From: Spirochaetota bacterium
GTDB taxonomy: Bacteria > Spirochaetota > UBA4802 > UBA5550
NCBI GenBank assembly: GCA_963664815.2
Contig: CAXXHB010000002.1
Coordinates: forward strand, 672,001 to 736,000
DNA length: 64,000 nt
Direction of reading: 5' to 3'
How positions within the stretch are numbered: the stretch's first letter is position 1; the number at the start of each line of letters is the position of its first letter. The notes under the pieces are model-generated. The model did not search any database. It was not told where the DNA came from and saw only the letters and a list, made by a program, of their open reading frames with translations. Positions 61,253-64,000 of the stretch are shown here, piece after piece. Made by a program: the position numbers and the translations under genes.

Positions 61253-63058
61253 ATGGCAGAAAAATTTTACAGTGAAAAAAACCTGAAATTTACCCTTTAT
61301 GACGTACATAAAGTGGAAAATCTGTTGTCGTACGGTAGGTTCAGTGACTATAACAGGGAAAGTTTCGATATGATTCTTGATACGGCAAAAAATATAGGTA
61401 TCAATTTCATGTTTCCCCTGTTTACAGAGATGGATAAAAATCCGCCAGTATATACAGGTACTACAATAAAAGTAAACCCGGCCGTTAAGGAATATATGAA
61501 GACATCCGGAGAGGGTGGTTGGATAAATGCGATGTTTTCTCTGGAGCACGGTGGTCAGCAGATGCCGTTGTCACTTTTTAACGCTTGTATGTTCATTTTT
61601 GCCGCAGCGAATTATTCAATGAGCGTTTATCCCGGTCTAACATCAGGAGCGGCCGGTTTAATATATAATTATGGTACAAAAGAACTGCAGGAGAAATATG
61701 CTGAAAAAATGGTCGCAGGGAAATGGCAAGGTACTATGGCTCTCACTGAACCTGAAGCAGGGAGTTCACTTGGTGACACAAAAACATCAGCAGAACCGAC
61801 AGACAAAGGATACTATATTGTCAGAGGACAGAAGACCTTTATTTCGGCAGGTGATCATGATAACACTGAAAATATAGTACATCTTATGCTTGCCCGTATA
61901 AAGGGTGCACCAGCTGGTGTTAAAGGTTTATCGTTGTTTGTTGTTCCAAAATACCGGCTGACTGAATCGGGAAGCCTGGAGTTCAATGATGTAAACTGCG
62001 CTGGGTGTTATCATAAGATGGGTTATCGCGGGGCTCCTATTGCCCAGCTCAGCATGGGGGAAGTCGATGATTGCCGGGGGTATCTTGTAGGAGAGAAGAA
62101 TTTCGGACTCGGTTATATGTTCCAGATGATGAACGAGGCAAGGATAAATGTAGGTCTTGGTGCCACAGCTATTGCTTCTGCTGCCTATTATGCGGCACTT
62201 GAGTATACAAGAGAAAGATGCCAGGGGCGCAGAAATGACGAGAAAGACCCTACAAAACCGCAGATCCCTATAATTGAACATGCGGATATAAAGAGAATGC
62301 TTCTTCAGCAGCGTTCAATTTTCGAAGGAGCCTTTTCGCTTGTTGTTTATGCCGGGAAACTTGTAGATCTTACAAATATCTCCACAGGTGAGGAGAAGGA
62401 AAAGTATGAACTTTTTCTTGATTTCATTACTCCTATAGTTAAAACATATCCATCTGAAATGGGTATTATCTCTACCAGTCAGGCGATCCAGTGCCTTGGA
62501 GGTTATGGTTACAGCTCCGAGTTTCCAGTTGAACAGTATATGCGCGACATAAGGATACACCCGATACATGAAGGAACAACAGGCGTGCAGGGGATGGACC
62601 TGCTCGGAAGAAAAATAACAATTAAAAAAGGTGCTGCCCAGAAAATCTTCCTTGAGGAGATAAAAAAAGCAACAGATGAAGCTTCCGGATCGGATAGCTT
62701 GAAAAAATTTGCGCTGGCTCTTACAGATGGTGTATCTCTCTGGAAGGAGACTACAAACAGTCTGCTTGGAATTGCAGCAAGAGGGGAAATTGACCTGTTT
62801 CTTGCGGATTCAACTCTTTACCTGGAATTGACAGGTATTGTTTGTATTGCGTGGCAGTGGTTGCTGCAGGGAATAGCCGTACAAAAGATGCTTGCCGAGC
62901 GGGCGTCAGAGATCGATAAAAATTTTGCTGAAGGTAAGATGTTCACTCTTAGTTATTTCTTCGAGTATGAACTTCCTAAAATTCATGGACTTGCTATGCG
63001 ACTCAAAAACTCAGATGGGCTTACTGTTAAAATGAAACCTGAGTATTTTGAAGATTGA
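61253..63058 (+). CDS. Acyl-CoA dehydrogenase (long, ~600-aa type)
   Basis: GTMALTEPEAGSS, GQKTFIS, HKMGYRG, FQMMNEAR, QCLGGYGY and HEGTTGVQ. Confidence 0.96.
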   Translation: MAEKFYSEKNLKFTLYDVHKVENLLSYGRFSDYNRESFDMILDTAKNIGINFMFPLFTEMDKNPPVYTGTTIKVNPAVKEYMKTSGEGGWINAMFSLEHGGQQMPLSLFNACMFIFAAANYSMSVYPGLTSGAAGLIYNYGTKELQEKYAEKMVAGKWQGTMALTEPEAGSSLGDTKTSAEPTDKGYYIVRGQKTFISAGDHDNTENIVHLMLARIKGAPAGVKGLSLFVVPKYRLTESGSLEFNDVNCAGCYHKMGYRGAPIAQLSMGEVDDCRGYLVGEKNFGLGYMFQMMNEARINVGLGATAIASAAYYAALEYTRERCQGRRNDEKDPTKPQIPIIEHADIKRMLLQQRSIFEGAFSLVVYAGKLVDLTNISTGEEKEKYELFLDFITPIVKTYPSEMGIISTSQAIQCLGGYGYSSEFPVEQYMRDIRIHPIHEGTTGVQGMDLLGRKITIKKGAAQKIFLEEIKKATDEASGSDSLKKFALALTDGVSLWKETTNSLLGIAARGEIDLFLADSTLYLELTGIVCIAWQWLLQGIAVQKMLAERASEIDKNFAEGKMFTLSYFFEYELPKIHGLAMRLKNSDGLTVKMKPEYFED

Positions 63059-63104
63059 TTGTCTGTTTAAATTGATAAAAAATAAAAGAATGTAAAATTA
63101 TTGG

Positions 63105-63132
63105 ATCCCGGGATTTTATACCCGGGATTTTT
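63105..63132 (+). terminator. Intrinsic terminator
   Basis: ATCCCGGG-8 nt-CCCGGGAT followed by TTTT. Confidence 0.8.
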
Positions 63133-63299
63133 CTGATCTTTTTACTCCATAATGGATTATATTTCAAACTATCTACAGATTTAATATTGGATTTTTTAGT
63201 TCTTGACCATTAGTAAATATTTGTTTTAATTGTTGAAGATATTATTAATATTGAATATATACAAGCAGTTGCTTAATCAAATTTAACGATAAAAAGAGT

Positions 63300-63899
63300 A
63301 TGATAAAAAAACGACAGAATGCCGAACTAAGAAAACCGGATATACTGAAAAATTACTACCAGGTGATACTGAAAGAGGGTATAGAGGGTGCTTCCATTGC
63401 TAAAGTAGCAAAAAGAATGAAGATTAACCCCAGTCTTATTATTCACTATTTTTCAACTAAGGATAATATGGCTATCGAGCTTGTAGATTATCTGAGCAGA
63501 ATCTATAACAAGCTTTTTACTGAAATGAAAATAGAAACCGGTGATCCGCAGAAAAGGCTTGATCGTCTTGTGGAAATTTTTTGCAGTGATGAATGGTACA
63601 ACAATACTGATATTTCAGGAGATTATTCGATAATTTCTCTCAGTTTCAGGAATAAGAAAGTTTTTAAACGCCTTCAGTCTATGTATAATGCTTTTATTAA
63701 ACTGATTATATATGAAATTGAACTGGCTACTGCAACTGGAGAGGTAAAAATTACCAATCCCAAAAGGACAGCAGAAATTATGGTTACAGCCCTGGAGGGA
63801 TACAGACACTTCAAACATCTGTTCATTGATGAATCTGCCTCTGAAAGTTTCAGGCAGGACCTGGCAAAACTCTTGAGGGACATTTTAAAAAACGGATAG
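63300..63899 (+). CDS. TetR/AcrR-family transcriptional regulator
   Basis: N-terminal HTH: EGIEGASIAKVAKRMKINPSLIIHYFSTKD. Confidence 0.93.
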   Translation: MIKKRQNAELRKPDILKNYYQVILKEGIEGASIAKVAKRMKINPSLIIHYFSTKDNMAIELVDYLSRIYNKLFTEMKIETGDPQKRLDRLVEIFCSDEWYNNTDISGDYSIISLSFRNKKVFKRLQSMYNAFIKLIIYEIELATATGEVKITNPKRTAEIMVTALEGYRHFKHLFIDESASESFRQDLAKLLRDILKNG

Positions 63900-64000
63900 C
63901 AATGCAGTATTTAAAAAAGTGTTTTTTAAAATTCAGATTTTTAAAATACGAAGCATTGCTTTTCCAATGTATAGTCCCTGCATTATCAATACTGCCGGTT

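Overview
AT-rich bacterial chromosome segment of mostly housekeeping and metabolic genes. The gene content and protein styles suggest an anaerobic, diderm, chemotactic organism, probably Spirochaetota (inference, not a database result). It holds the 3' part of a [NiFe]-hydrogenase maturation protease and acyl-CoA catabolic genes: two acyl-CoA dehydrogenases, two CoA-transferases, a FadN-like fusion, an enoyl-CoA hydratase, two YheT hydrolases and a TetR regulator. It also holds gapN, valS, icd, hemC and cobA/hemD, purA, tRNA-Lys and tRNA-Glu, mgtE-apbE, rseC-rnfCDGEAB, glyQS, a CDF exporter, queE and htpX. I saw no integrase, transposase, phage gene or CRISPR array. The best leads are small or non-coding: (1) a Pro-rich, MgtL-like 11-codon uORF plus switchable RNA pairings ahead of mgtE, which is translationally coupled to apbE; (2) a very compact NiCo (czcD)-like riboswitch ahead of the CDF gene; (3) a two-gene nucleotidyltransferase plus partner module resembling a toxin-antitoxin or defence pair; (4) a recurring 18-bp FadR/YsiA-like operator near beta-oxidation genes and icd; (5) a secreted 6-Cys mini-protein; (6) an unexplained ~140-nt structured RNA candidate between queE and htpX; (7) a 53-aa gene absent from the ORF track.
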